The position numbers and the translations under genes were made by a program. A stretch of 63,679 nt of DNA, the filler included, from Octopus bimaculoides (Eukaryota): NCBI RefSeq assembly GCF_001194135.2. It is 5 parts of 5 records of this genome, joined end to end, with 100 filler letters (N's around TTAATTAATTAA, not from the genome) between each part and the next. Parts side by side here need not be neighbours in the genome. Positions count along the whole stretch, not along the records: positions 41,474 to 56,168 come from NC_069004.1; positions 56,269 to 63,679 come from NC_069000.1; 3 more parts are not named here. The stretch is one strand, 5' to 3'. Below the pieces are notes generated by a model. The model was given only the letters and a program-made list of their open reading frames with translations, searched no databases and had not been told where the DNA came from. Below, one piece after another: positions 51,239 to 63,679 of this stretch (position 1 is its first letter; each line of letters begins with the position of its first letter).

Positions 51239-52089
51239 AACGATTAGGGGCTGCCACGGTACAATAGTAAGGAAACAGCCAATCTGACACATGTTGGGAG
51301 CCAACCTTGAAAGATATGGTTACAAAGCGATCTTCTAAACCCCGCAGCCTTCCTTGTATCGATGTTTTTTCTGAGAAATCGTATTATTGTTTTAGTGTGT
51401 TACTCATTCGGCATTTTACAATCATTTAATGTTTCATTATCTTAATGCATATAATAGTTTGTTTCGTTTTATTTTTAAAACATCGTTATCAATACCTAAT
51501 TAATTAATCTCATTAGCATTATATTTTATTATATTATTTTAATAGTTTACCGCTGGGAGTCACCTTAATCTTTTCCATTTTTCTAATGCTCGATTGTATG
51601 TTATACCTTTTGTGTTATATGCTTCTCTTGTATGTTTGCAATCAGCCACCTGTTATTACTGTCAGTAGATATTGATGAAATCGATCGGTACAACTGTGTT
51701 ATTGCTAGATTTTCTTCCCTTTATATTTGGCTAAAATAGCATCCTTTAATGGACTCTAATGTACTTCCATTGTTTCTCAGTGTTTCTTTATTTTCTCTGC
51801 TTACATTCTTCGTCTCTTATCTTTTATTTACTATGATATCCATGTGAAACGTAGCATGCCTCTGTGTGTGTATTTGTATGTGTGTGTGTGTGTATTTATA
51901 TTTGTATGTGTGTATATATATATGTGTGTGTGTGTATGTATANNNNNNNNNNNNNNNNNNNNNNNNNNNNNNNNNNNNNNNNNNNNNNNNNNNNNNNNNN
52001 NNNNNNNNNNNNNNNNNNNNNNNNNNNNNNNNNNNNNNNNNNTATGTATGTATGTATGTATGTATGTATGTATGTATGTACGTATGTAT

Positions 52090-52320
52090 GCTACTCGTGC
52101 AGCTTTTAGAGGTGTTGATACTTCTGCAATGCTGTCGGCCAGCTTTGCCAAATCCTGTACGCAAGTTGACTGTTTCGTAGCGACGATGAAATGCTGGATA
52201 GTGGTTGGTAACCGCTTGTTGAGCAGCTGCTTGAATATCACTAGGTTCATTGTGTTGTTGCCGAGCAACCGCTTCTGCGCCGAAGTGATTAGAAGCTGTT
52301 GCAACTGCGTCTGCTGGGAC
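52090..52320 (-). mobile_element. Gypsy gag fragment, inverted relative to pol
   Basis: QLQQLL...QKRLLG...IFKQLLNKRLPTTIQHFIVA...QDLAKLADSIAEV matches the CsRn1-type gag pattern LR.MQ.LLG...LFLQRLP..IQ.IL...LA.LAD.I.EV. Confidence 0.75.
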
Positions 52321-52322
52321 TG

Positions 52323-55010
52323 TTTTTACATCATTTCGGTTTGTTAGTTGACTTCAAATATCATATACTAGTGAAATCCCCCACTGGTCTCCAGTCCTGT
52401 CTTCTTAAACCCCTCTTGTTCAAACAAGTACGGCGCTCTTCTGCGCAAATGTCCTGATATCACTTGCCCTGTGTTTAACAATCGTCCAATCATCCACTCT
52501 GTGACCCACCATATTGTTATTGATGGACCACAGGTCCTTTCCAAACCGCGTCGACTCCTAATCGCGCTAAGATTGCAAAGCTGAGATCAAGCATATATTG
52601 GAACTGGGCATTGTTCGTCCACCCACCAGTAATTAGGCCTCACCCCTTCATATTGTCCCGCAAAAATCTTCCGGTGTTTTATGACCAAATGGTGACTATC
52701 GCCTGTTGAATGCTCGAATGAAGGCCGATAAATACCCTGTACCTCATTTACAGTACTTTTCTTCCGCTCTGTATGGTGTCAGGATGTTTTCAATGACTGA
52801 TTTCGTTCGAACATACAATCTGATACCCTTCGAGACGGAGGATATTCCGTCGGCCTTTTCGAATTACTCAAAATGCTATTTGGTTTGCGCAACGCTTCAA
52901 CTTTCTAGTGTTTCATAGTCCGAAGTTTACCCTGTGTCTATGCATATATTGATTACTTGCTTGTTGCCAGCACGATTGAAGACGAGCACAAAAAACATCT
53001 GCAATTACTTTTCGATCGTCTTTCTCACTACCTAATATATACCTTTTCAGGGTATTCGCCCTCTCTCCTATTCCATTGTGAAAGCTGAGAGAGTTTATCG
53101 ACTTGATCAATTTTTATCGCTGGTTTATTCTTCGTTGAGCGGAACTCACGAATGTTCTCTGACATCGAAAAAAAAAAAACCCAGCATATCACTCTTGATA
53201 ATACTGTTTGCGGCCTTTAATGAAATTAAGGTATTAGCTGAGGTTACCATGTTGGTTCATCCGAAGCCTGGTGCACCACTCTGCTAGTTGATGCATAAGA
53301 TGCTGGTGTTGGTAGCGTTCTTCAACAGAATGTTAATGGAAATTGGCAACCACTTTCCTTTTTCTCTAAGCGATTGAAACCGGCCGAGACGAAATATAGT
53401 ACTTATGGCCGAGAATTGTTAGCAGCGTACCTTAGTGTGAAACACTTCTGTATTTTCTATCTACACTGACCATAAGCCTCTAACATACTCTCTGCGTTCC
53501 AAGCCAAAGGAAATTCGGTACCGTAATTTTATATCACGATACACCACGATATTCGGCACGTTAAAGGCTCGGATAATTCTGCTGCTGACGCACTTTCTCG
53601 TGTCTACATTGATGCACTACACACTACTGCCTCTATCAATCTCCAAGAGTTAGCCGCCGACCAGGAAAACAATGAAGAACTCAAGTTTCGAAATTTTCCC
53701 TCTCCTCTCTTTCGAACTTCTTTCTCTACTCTTTTCTCCTGGTTATATTTGGTGCGACATTTCTACGGGGCACGAAGCATAGACATTTTGCTTTTTCTGC
53801 TATGTACAATTCATCACATCCTAGAGTAAATTCCACCCTGAAGCTGATCGCTGCCCGATTTGTATGGGCTGGTATCAGCAAGGATGTCAAGGAATGGGCC
53901 AAGAATTGCGTCCCTTGTCAGAAAGTGAAAATTCTTTGCTATGTCAAATCACTTCTGGAGACCTCAACACCAGATGCACGTATTCAACATGTATATATTT
54001 ATTTCTTTATTGTTCACAGGTGGCTAAACATAGAGGGGACAAACAAGGACAAACTAAGGGATTAAGTCGACTACGTCGATCCCCAGTGCGTAACTTATTT
54101 AATCGATCCCGAAAGGATGAAAGGCAAAGTCGACCTCGGCGGAACTTGAATTCAGAAGTAACGGCGTGCTAACGATTCTGCCATCTCGTCGGACCACTGC
54201 CACCGTCTCAAAATTGTACACACCTTTTGACTTGTGTGAATCGTTTTTCTCGATGGCCTGAAGTCATCCCTTTTCGAGATACCACAGCAGAAACAATAGC
54301 TAAAGCTTTCCTTCAACATTGTATTTCACGTTTTGGCACACCTGCTATCATCACAACAAAGAACGTCAGCTCGAATCCAGTCTCTTCTCGGAATTGACAT
54401 GCCTCTTAGGTTGCAAAAGATCTCCTACAACTGCTTACCATCCTGCAGCCAACAGTATGATGGAATAGTTTCATCAACAACTGAAATCCGCTCTTAGAGC
54501 TTATCGCAACAGCAATTGGCTGGAATACCTACTCCTCGTTCTTCATGGAATTCGTTCTACTGTCAAAGAAGAAATTGCTACTACTCCGGCCGAACTTGTG
54601 TATGGCACTACACTTTCTTTACTTGGACAAATGATCACTTCTGTTGCACCCAAGGACAATCCAGACCCAGCAAACTACATTTATCGCCTGCGGGGCTACA
54701 TGTCACTTTTGCCATTTATTGCTCTGCGTTCTCAGTATGTCACCACTAATTATCCATTGAATATTCAACAAGGGACTCAAGTGTTTGTGCGGAACGATGA
54801 TATTCGACCTCCATTTCAGCCACCGCATTCAGGAGCCTTCAAAGTTCTCTGCAGAACGCCAAAGACTCGATCAGCATCGACAGCCTAAAAAAAGATCCAC
54901 CTTGAGTCTGAAACATCAACTCTGCCACCTTATGCGACAACATCAGTACATTCTTCAACTGATACCTCCACATCTGTTCCAGTGACAAGATCGAGTCTTC
55001 GAGTTCACTG
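52323..55010 (+). mobile_element. Decayed Ty3/Gypsy (CsRn1-like) pol: protease end, RT, RNase H, integrase
   Basis: FLHHFGLLVDF; VTHHIV..GP..SKPRRL; ASPLHIVPQK; GDYRLLN; KYPVPHL; YAYIDY; WQPLSFFSKRLKPAETKYSTYGRELLAAY; YTDHKPL; SHP...FVWAGISKDVKEWAKNCVPCQK; VGPLP; RFSRWPE; TTAYHPAAN; AELVYG; QPPHSGAFKV. Multiple stops and frameshifts. Confidence 0.95.
53997..54190 (-). mobile_element. SINE family A inserted into the Gypsy integrase
   Basis: Family A core and tail interrupt QHVYI|...|VGPLP. Confidence 0.9.
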
Positions 55011-55350
55011 ACCTTTTTGATTTGTGTGTTACAGTACGTAAAAACAAAAAAAAAAAAAGATTTTTCTGTCAATATTACACTGACCTTACATATTTTTGTC
55101 ATGTTTTTAGTTTTCACTTTCCTGGTTTTGCAAACTATTTCAACATAAGCTTGTACAGTTCTTCATGCATAAGACATTTTCCACGAAAACATCTTCTGAT
55201 AGTATCTGCAATTTCATCGACACTTTTAATCTTGCATTCACCCTTTTCTGAGGCATGCTTTTTTATATACTTCACCTCTGCATTTACTGCACTATTCTTA
55301 TCATTTCATTCGATTCATCGTGACTGAGAATTTCACTGGCAGGGGAGTCA

Positions 55351-55718
55351 TGTAACGGGAATATTCAGCAATCGCCCGATATCACGACTTGCTAGAATAT
55401 TGCGCACGTCATCAACAACATCTAAGTAATCATGATTTCGGTTGAATAGGCTCCGACAATGAATTTTTTTTACACGCGCGCTTCATTCCGAGCCTATCGA
55501 GTACGTCATGAACACTAGATGCAGAGAATGCATTGACAAACACTGTAGGAGTTGACAAACAGAGACAGCGGACAGCAGCTAACAATACAAAAGCAATGAA
55601 CAGTCGGAGGACGAGCGATATCAGAAGTCAGTAGCCAGTAAGCAATTAACTATACTTTATCTGCTACAACTTCACCAAGAACAAAATCTCTCTCGACGTT
55701 TTGTCGCTCGTAGTAACA
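55351..55718 (+). mobile_element. Putative 3' LTR of the Gypsy element
   Basis: PPT-like cactggcaggggagtca immediately precedes TGTAAC; candidate end GTAACA at 55713-55718. No partner LTR is visible in the window. Confidence 0.65.
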
Positions 55719-55734
55719 ACTGTCATTTCTTGTA

Positions 55735-56105
55735 CTCTTTTACTTGTTTCAGTCATTTGACTGTGGCCATGCTGGAGCACCGTCTTTAGTCGAGCAAATC
55801 GACCCCAGGACTTATTCTTTGGAAGCCTAGTGCTTATTCTATCGGTCTCTTTTGCCGAACCGCTAGGTTACGGGGACGTAAACACACCAGCATCGGTTGT
55901 CAAGCTATGTTGGAGGGACAAACACAGACACAAATATATATATATATACATACATACGGGGGCTTCTTTCAGTTTCCGTCTACCAAATCCACTCACAAGG
56001 CTTTGGTCGGCCCGAGGCTATAGTAGAAGACACTTGCCCAAGGTGCCACGCAGAACCATGTGGTTGGTAAGCAAGCTACTTACCACACAGCCACTCCCGC
56101 GCCTA
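55735..56105 (-). mobile_element. SINE family B near full-length copy
   Basis: rc aggcgcgggagtggctgtgtggtaagtagcttgc head, ccttgggcaagtgtcttct core, ggtgctccagcatggccacagtcaaatgactgaaacaag tail. Confidence 0.9.
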
Positions 56106-56316
56106 TACACAAAGAATAAATTATTTATCAAAATCTCAACAGACTCCAGTGTTTCTTTCCTTACACTTNNNNNNNNNNNNNNNNNNNNNNNNNNNNNNNN
56201 NNNNNNNNNNNNTTAATTAATTAANNNNNNNNNNNNNNNNNNNNNNNNNNNNNNNNNNNNNNNNNNNNATATATAAGGTTTGTATGTATGCATTCCTTAT
56301 GTTTTAATATAATGTA

Positions 56317-57577
56317 TTAGGGTGTTCAGAAAGTAATTGCATTTTTTCACCACTATGAAATATGAATCAACCAATCACAAAGTCGAATGGGCAGTAACTG
56401 TCTAGAAATTGTATATCATCTCTTCTATCCAGCAGTGTGTCATTCATAGTTATTTTGGCAGTTAACCCCATGGAAGATAAGAACTTTATGAATCAACTTA
56501 TTCACCATTACTTACTGTATGAGTTTTGAAAGAAAAGTACAACTACAGGAGCAATGAAAAACACTTGTGAAGTGTATCTGGATGCAGTGAAAGCTCGTAC
56601 ATATTAGCTGTGGTTTAAAAGGTCGAAAGATGGTGATTGTGAAATATCTGACAAGCCTCACTCTAGAAGACAACCCACTAAGAATGATGATCTTTTGAAT
56701 GAGACTATTGTATCCTTCCACATCAAAGCACCAGAGATTTGGCACTAAAACTTAATGTGTCATGCTCACCTATCCACAAACATATCAAGCAGATTCGGAA
56801 AACATACAAAGAGGGAATTTGGGTTCCACATGAGCTAATGCTTGAGAATTGAACACAACGTTCCACCATCTTCAGCAGTCTTCCAACCAGGAATAGTAAC
56901 TTCTGCAGCGCATTGTTACAGGTGATGAAAAATGGGTTTTGAACCACAACAGAAAATAAAAAAAAAACAGCTATTATGTAATGAGAGGCCAGTGCCAATA
57001 CCAAGACCAGAACTCCATCCACAAAAATCTTTCCCCTGTGTTTGGTGGAACATGAGAGGTATTGTCCATTATGAACTACTGGAACATGGAAGGACCATCA
57101 ATGCAGATGTCGATTGCCAACAACTTGTTTGTGTAAATGAAAATCATGTCGAAAGTGGCTAGCTCGGTTAAACAGAAAAGGTGTTATTCTCCAGCATGAC
57201 AATGCACAGCCACACTCTTCAAAACAAACTCAAGAAAAATAAGATTGTTAGGATGGGAAGTTCTTCCACATCCACCATACTCACCTGACTTAGCACCTAT
57301 GGATTTCCATCTGTTCCAATCATGAGTACATCTTATAAGAGGCAAAACATTCAGAAACAAAGAAGTTGAAAACAGTCTTTCAGATTTTTTTTCAGAAACA
57401 GAAATGTTTCTTTGAACGTGGCATAAAAAAGTTACTTTCTCCTTGAGCTGCAGTCTCCAAAATAATGATGATTACATTCTTGATTAAAACAGATAAACAT
57501 AATTTACATTCGTTTTTATATCCTTTCTGGTAAAAAGCAATTATAAAGAGATCATAGATATTCATAGATAACCCAAG
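56317..57577 (+). mobile_element. Decayed mariner (DD34D) transposon, near full length
   Basis: HYLLYEF, WFKRSKDGD..I.DKP, GIWVPHEL, VTGDEKW, CVWWN..GIVHYELL...TIN, LQHDNAQPH, WEVLPHPPYSPDLAP.DFHLF. TA flanks and a degenerate TIR containing TAATTGC at both ends. Confidence 0.93.
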
Positions 57578-57624
57578 TACATACATAGACTAAACCACTA
57601 GACATATAGCAATAAGCAAACCTC

Positions 57625-57690
57625 AACATGGTCGTTCAACCTGCAAGAAATAGCAGTCAAATGTCCTTCAAATCATATCCTACCATCAAC
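57625..57690 (+). repeat. Dispersed repeat family D fragment (also ~25535-25560 -, ~38865-38910 -, ~46250-46280 +, ~60760-60810 -)
   Basis: Shared ttcaacctgc(a/t)agaaatagcag(c/t)caaat...ttcaaatca motif. Confidence 0.55.
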
Positions 57691-60600
57691 AACAACAATA
57701 TTCATATTAGATATTGCTCCTTCTCAGTTATGGGCATAGCCAGGATTTTGATTAAAGTCAGGTGGTTTCTCAGTAAAATAGATCTACAATTAGACATCTA
57801 ATTTGTTGAAAGGCACAAAATTTAAAAACAATTGTTAGACAGTAATATTTGCATGAATAATCGATTACATATACATGTCATTGCATGTCATCATTTAGCT
57901 ATATAATTTCATAAGTCATTTGTCTGGGATGTAAAGAAGCAACATCACCTACAGGAACTACAAGATGGGGTGAAGATTTGTCTAAACCTGAAGAGCTACC
58001 ACTCCATATGTATTAGCATTACCATTTTCTTCTTTAAGTCCACTCATGCCTTGGCTTGGTCACAGTTTGTGTGTATGTAGCGGTAACAGACTACTCTCTC
58101 AACCCACTTGTAAATTCTACTATTCATGCAGATTAATATTTCTCATTCAATAATAGATTATCCTTGTATCAGTTCTCTCTAGATTTCACAGATGATCTAC
58201 ATTCATTGCATGTCTGTCATATAATGCAACATTATACCTCTTACACAAGCTAATCTTTACACAATGAAAAAAATACTTTGTTGCAAAAAGTGACAATGGC
58301 TTTCATAATGTTTCCCCATTTCTTTCTTACTAATACTAATTAAGATCAATGTAGTAACTGAAGCACAAGGTGACTCTTGGTACTTAAACCAAAGTATACA
58401 ATTTTAAAAATTAAGACATTGCTATAGAAAGGTTCTTAAGTGTGCAGTGTACTCTCTTTCTATTTGTCTCTGATGAAAGCCTTATATCAAAATTTGATTT
58501 GTTATTTGCTTTCATTTATATATCTTAGGCATGCATTGATTCATGCAGTAATGCTTCTGATAGAAATTATAAACCACACTATACACACATAATTCATAAA
58601 CTTGTACATGTATGCCTACTTTTGTTTATCTTTTAAATAATTTCTTTCTTCAATGGGGGCCTGCAAATTTATATATTCATGTAAGATGTTCGAGGTACTG
58701 TCTCATATTTTTACTTCCAATTGCTCATCACTCTACTTTGATGTAAGAGTAGGTTCTCAATTTTTCTGCTTAGATTAAAGCAACAATAATCTACAAGAAG
58801 CTATTAAATTGTTAATAAAATTATATATTTTTGACTGTTAATGCTATAATATACCTTACCCTGGCCCTTAACTGTAGTGGCTATAAATATAAGGTCTCCA
58901 TAAATAGTTACAGACAAAAACTTATTTCCTGAAAAGATTCCAGAAAATATTGAAAAATCCTCATTTTCTATTTATCAAAATATTATATAAAAAACAGTTG
59001 TCCAATGTGTATATTATACTTTAATTACACTCCCAGTGTCACCTAAAACCTTACATTTACCCTAAAGTACATTATTGCATCAAAACACTTTGCTTAATGC
59101 ATCAATAATATATAAACTGAACTAGCTGCCAACTATGTGTTATCTGTGTAAACCATTCTGAGACTTAGTGAGCCCTTAATTTCAGAGGCTATAAATACAT
59201 CTGCAAATCAATGGGTAATCAATTCCTGGAAAAATCTGAAAGGGAATGAAACCAGTCAGAATGGTCCCTCTTTTTCTATCCAGGAAGAGATAGCATAGAA
59301 GACAGTTGTTTATAAATTGTCCTTTGAATATAACTAATTACACAGAATTGGTTAAACACTTATTATTTAGTCTAAAGTACATTGTAAATATCACCCCATT
59401 TCACTTTGCCATTACACTCTTTCACCCACACATCGTAACTCTTTGTCATCATTCTATCACCTTAATCATATTGCCTTGTCATTGCTCTAGCCACTATCAT
59501 ATATGTATCACTATCATATATGTCTTTCACTCTATAAATAGTTCATGAGCAGAAATGTATGTCGTGGTGTAACTACAAAAAATGAACCCAGTTCATTCAG
59601 TAAAGTGAGGGGTTAAGAGTGCATGCTGAGTGCATGATCTTTTTAGAGTTAGTTCCATGATAAAATGCATCCAGTTCACTCAGTGAAGGGATTAGAATTA
59701 GGAAAGTATCCAGCCATAGAAACTAATTCAAATATGAATAAGATGCTGTTCTCTGACCCTTCTAGATAAGTAGTACCTCCAAAAATATACTGTCTCACAC
59801 TGTAACAACCTATTCAACCCATAGCATCATGGAAAGCAGACACAAAATGATGATGAGCATGCTATAAGTTGAAGAGATAAGAGCAGGAACAAAAGCTAAG
59901 GAATAGACAACTGGATCAAGCACTTTATGAATAGTACTTATTGACCTAAAAGAATGATAGGCTAAGTTGAGCCTGAAGGAATTTCAACTTATAATGAAGA
60001 CTGCTAAATATAAGGTTCTTTCATGTCTGTGTGAAAACTTGTTTCCTGAAAATAACTACAAAATATTAAATGAACAAAAATTAAATAAAAGCAGACACAT
60101 ATACACTTGTCAAAATGAATTAATTTATTTCTTTTACCCCAATTATCACATAGTTTGTTCACAATACAAAGTGAATTAGTAGCTGGCATTAAACATTGCT
60201 CAGCATAGTAACCACTCAACTAGTTTAAACTTACAGGTCTCACAACAAATCTGAGATATCAAAAAAAACAAAAAAACAGAAAATAGAGTATCAATGAGGT
60301 GGAAATAATTGAAGGGTGAGTGAGAAAAGTACCACAAATTGTTTCTTTTTATCTGTGTTCTTGACTTTCATTCTTGTTTTTTAACTCACAGATAACCCAA
60401 ATTTTGTTGCTAAAAATGAAACATTTATGGTATGCTTATAACTGACTTAAAAAGAAAAAGTAAAAACAAGGGGGGAGAAAAATAAAAGTTACCGAGGAAT
60501 AGAAATCCAAGTTGCTCTGTTGATTTATAAGGAGAGAAAAAAGTTTCATTCAAAGCACCTACCAGTTGATTTGTAGCTTTTATTTCATTGTGTTTGGTCT

Positions 60601-63082
60601 CTTCTTCAATAAATGTTGTTTTAACTTGAGGTCAGTTCTGATTGAACAAATTCATGATCAAAGGTGTTCCAATCATAACCATTCAAACCCACTCTCACCT
60701 CCTTGACACAACATGCACAAGTTGGCATTGAACGTGTCTCCTTTTTTTTAACGGTAAAGTTGTGATTTGAAGATTTAGTTGATATTATTAGCATGTCAAG
60801 TGATCATGCTTGTCAGAAAATCATCACACATCATAACGTGTGTGTGTGTGTGTGTGGATCTAATCAGTATGTTTTTGTAAATAACATGTTCAAGGGGTTA
60901 TAAAAAAACTTAACAAATTTGAACAGAACAACTAATAAAACTCCCATCTAGCACATCTTTTCTTGTAAATTGTATCATATCCAAATATGCATTGATTTTG
61001 TTCTAATTAAATATTTTAAAGAATAAAATATTCTTATTTTTCAGAAAAAAAATTCCATTATTAACTTCATATATGTACATAATTACGTTTATTTAGAGAT
61101 AGAAAAATAAATACACACTTGTGTAAGAAAGAAATGAGTAGACTTTATATGTCTCACACATCAGATTTTCCACAATTCTTTTTAACAGCAGGTGTATTGA
61201 TGCTTTAATGATTTTGTTCTTGAAAAACCAATAGTTGAGCCCTACCAGCATTCATGAACAAAAAACAGTTACACATGTTATATGTAATGTTATATTGTGT
61301 TTGTGCATGTGCATGTGTGTTCAGGAACAAATTGGTTACCTTACACAAGACACAAGCAAATTTCAACTTGGATATTGTAAGGGAAGAGCAGCAGCCAGGA
61401 GCAAGGAAGGGTAGGAATAATATTTCACAGCTTCATCATCTTCACTTTTGAAAAAATAACAAAAACAAAAGATATTACAAAATTTTAATATATATATATA
61501 GAGAGAGAGAGGGTTATAAAGATGCCAGAATACAGAGGCAATTATTTACCATCTCACAAACCACTATTAAAATAAAGTCATATGTGGCAAAATAAAAATA
61601 ATAATTGTCAGTGCTGACTTAAAGACCACAGAACAAACCAACACAGCATGAATACCAGATTAGCATGGCAAAAAATCTAACATTTCCAAAATCTCTAAAT
61701 ATAATAATTCCATTTCCCCATCTCATACATACTAAGACTCCCAACAAACAACCTCCCCTACCCATTCATCTTAAGTACGTTTGGGGAAAATGCACAATAA
61801 AACAAGGGTGTTTATATACACCAATCATGGCAGGTGACGAAGTTTTGTTGACTTGTGTGTGTGTGTGTGTGTGTGTTATACATGCATGCACATGTAACAT
61901 ATACACTACACACGCATATAGGTGTATGTATGCATGAATGTGTGTGTGTGTAAATATAATAAATTATTCACATTATATAAAGCGCAGGTGTTGCATATAT
62001 ACAGATAGATTCAAATCACTTTTCTTGTCATTATATATAAAAAAACATATACTCATACAAATACATATAGACATACACACACTCAAAAACTTGTCTCAAT
62101 ATACTTACAAATATTCATAAAACATATAAATATACGATATATGCACATGTATGAATATACAGAAGACAGTGCAGTAAAGAGTGTCACATCTACAAAAATT
62201 GAAAATGGACTGAACCATATTTAATTTCAAACAAGTCTTTTGCCTTTGATTCATGCAAAGGCGTCTGTCTTGGAATACATACATAGATATATAAATATGT
62301 ATGTATGTATAATACATACAAATACACATATCTATGCACATATAGTGTGATGTGTGTGTGTATATACATACATATATAGATATATATGTGTGTGTGTATG
62401 AATGTATTTGTATGTATAATGCATCATATAACTGATGCCACTGACATACTAAAGAACCATTTGTTGCCATTGAATATTTTTATAAATATTTTCTTTGGAT
62501 ATGTGTGTGAGAGTATATGTGTATGTATATAAGATGTGCGTATTTTTCTCTCAGACTTAAAAATGGAGACAAAATACATTTGAGCTGATAGTATTATATA
62601 TATTACTTCCCCATAAGAATATATTTTATTTTTTATAATTTTCTTCTTTCTTCAAAATATTTTATAAACAAAACCCTGCTATGTAGGTTAATAGGAACAC
62701 CTTTTTTTTCAAATTTAGTTTGGAACCAATAAATCTTTGCACTTCATATTAAGTTTTTTCTGTTTTTAATTTTATTTTAAAACTTTTAATTTTCATTATC
62801 TTTGTTTTTATTTTTTGTTTTCTTCATCCTGGCATTGGAATTTAAATGGATGAATGCACACAACCTTTGGCCAACTAGATGTTAATTATTGAGGATTGGC
62901 AGAAAGTGAGTTAAAATTACATAAACCTTCAATATATAACAATTGGTTATACACTATGTAAAAATATTCAGTATATTACCACTGGTTATACAAAATCTAG
63001 AACCTGAAATCATGTGAGCCAATATGAATTACAACTGAAAGCCAAAATAGGTAGGCAGGAAGGAAGACAGAAAAGTTGGTAT

Positions 63083-63210
<128 letters not shown>

Positions 63211-63679
63211 GTAGATAAATAGAATGATATATAAGTTGGCAGGTAGAAAGAATGATGGGTAGGTAAATGAGTTGGTAAGAAGATAGATAATTAGGCAGGA
63301 AGACATAGGTAGATAAATTGATAGGTAGGTAAGTAGATAGATGAGTAGATAAATGGGAAGTAGACAGATGAGTAGGTAAGTTTGTAGACCATTGTCAAGA
63401 AGCTAAATCTAGCAAAGAAAATATAGATATACACATTTGGTGTGCATGCACTAACTTGAAAATCTAAACAATAATACAAAACAAAAACTACAACCGATTC
63501 AGACAATTCTGAAATATCAATTGAATTTTTACCCACATACACATGAAACAAACAGGAAAAAAAAACACATCAGTACAAATTTTGTTTTTACAAATGAGAG
63601 GATATCAGGTCAATGAAAAAAACTCCCAAAATAAACCATTGATATTGAGCCATATATATATATATAATTATATATATAT

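Overview
AT-rich, microsatellite-dense, gapped eukaryotic scaffold. The SINE families and repeat style suggest an octopus/coleoid cephalopod (inference from recalled repeat families, not a database hit). No host protein-coding gene can be supported; almost all listed ORFs are simple-repeat translations or transposon debris. Supported content: decayed Ty3/Gypsy (CsRn1-like) LTR element with an inverted gag piece, a near full-length dead mariner, two Penelope-like (PLE) GIY-YIG fragments, RLE-type and CR1/L2-type LINE fragments, and many modular tRNA-derived SINEs. The two most interesting systems are (1) a repeated tRNA-headed element carrying a minimal Penelope-type hammerhead ribozyme and an inverted terminus (5.3 and 27.8 kb; further hammerhead cores at 33.3 and 44.1 kb), and (2) a family of GGATC-ended foldback DNA elements with exact 8-bp TSDs whose centres are inverted telomeric (TTAGGG) arrays (11.3 and 48-49 kb). 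There is also a sharp drop in CpG content beyond the scaffold spacer at ~56.2 kb.
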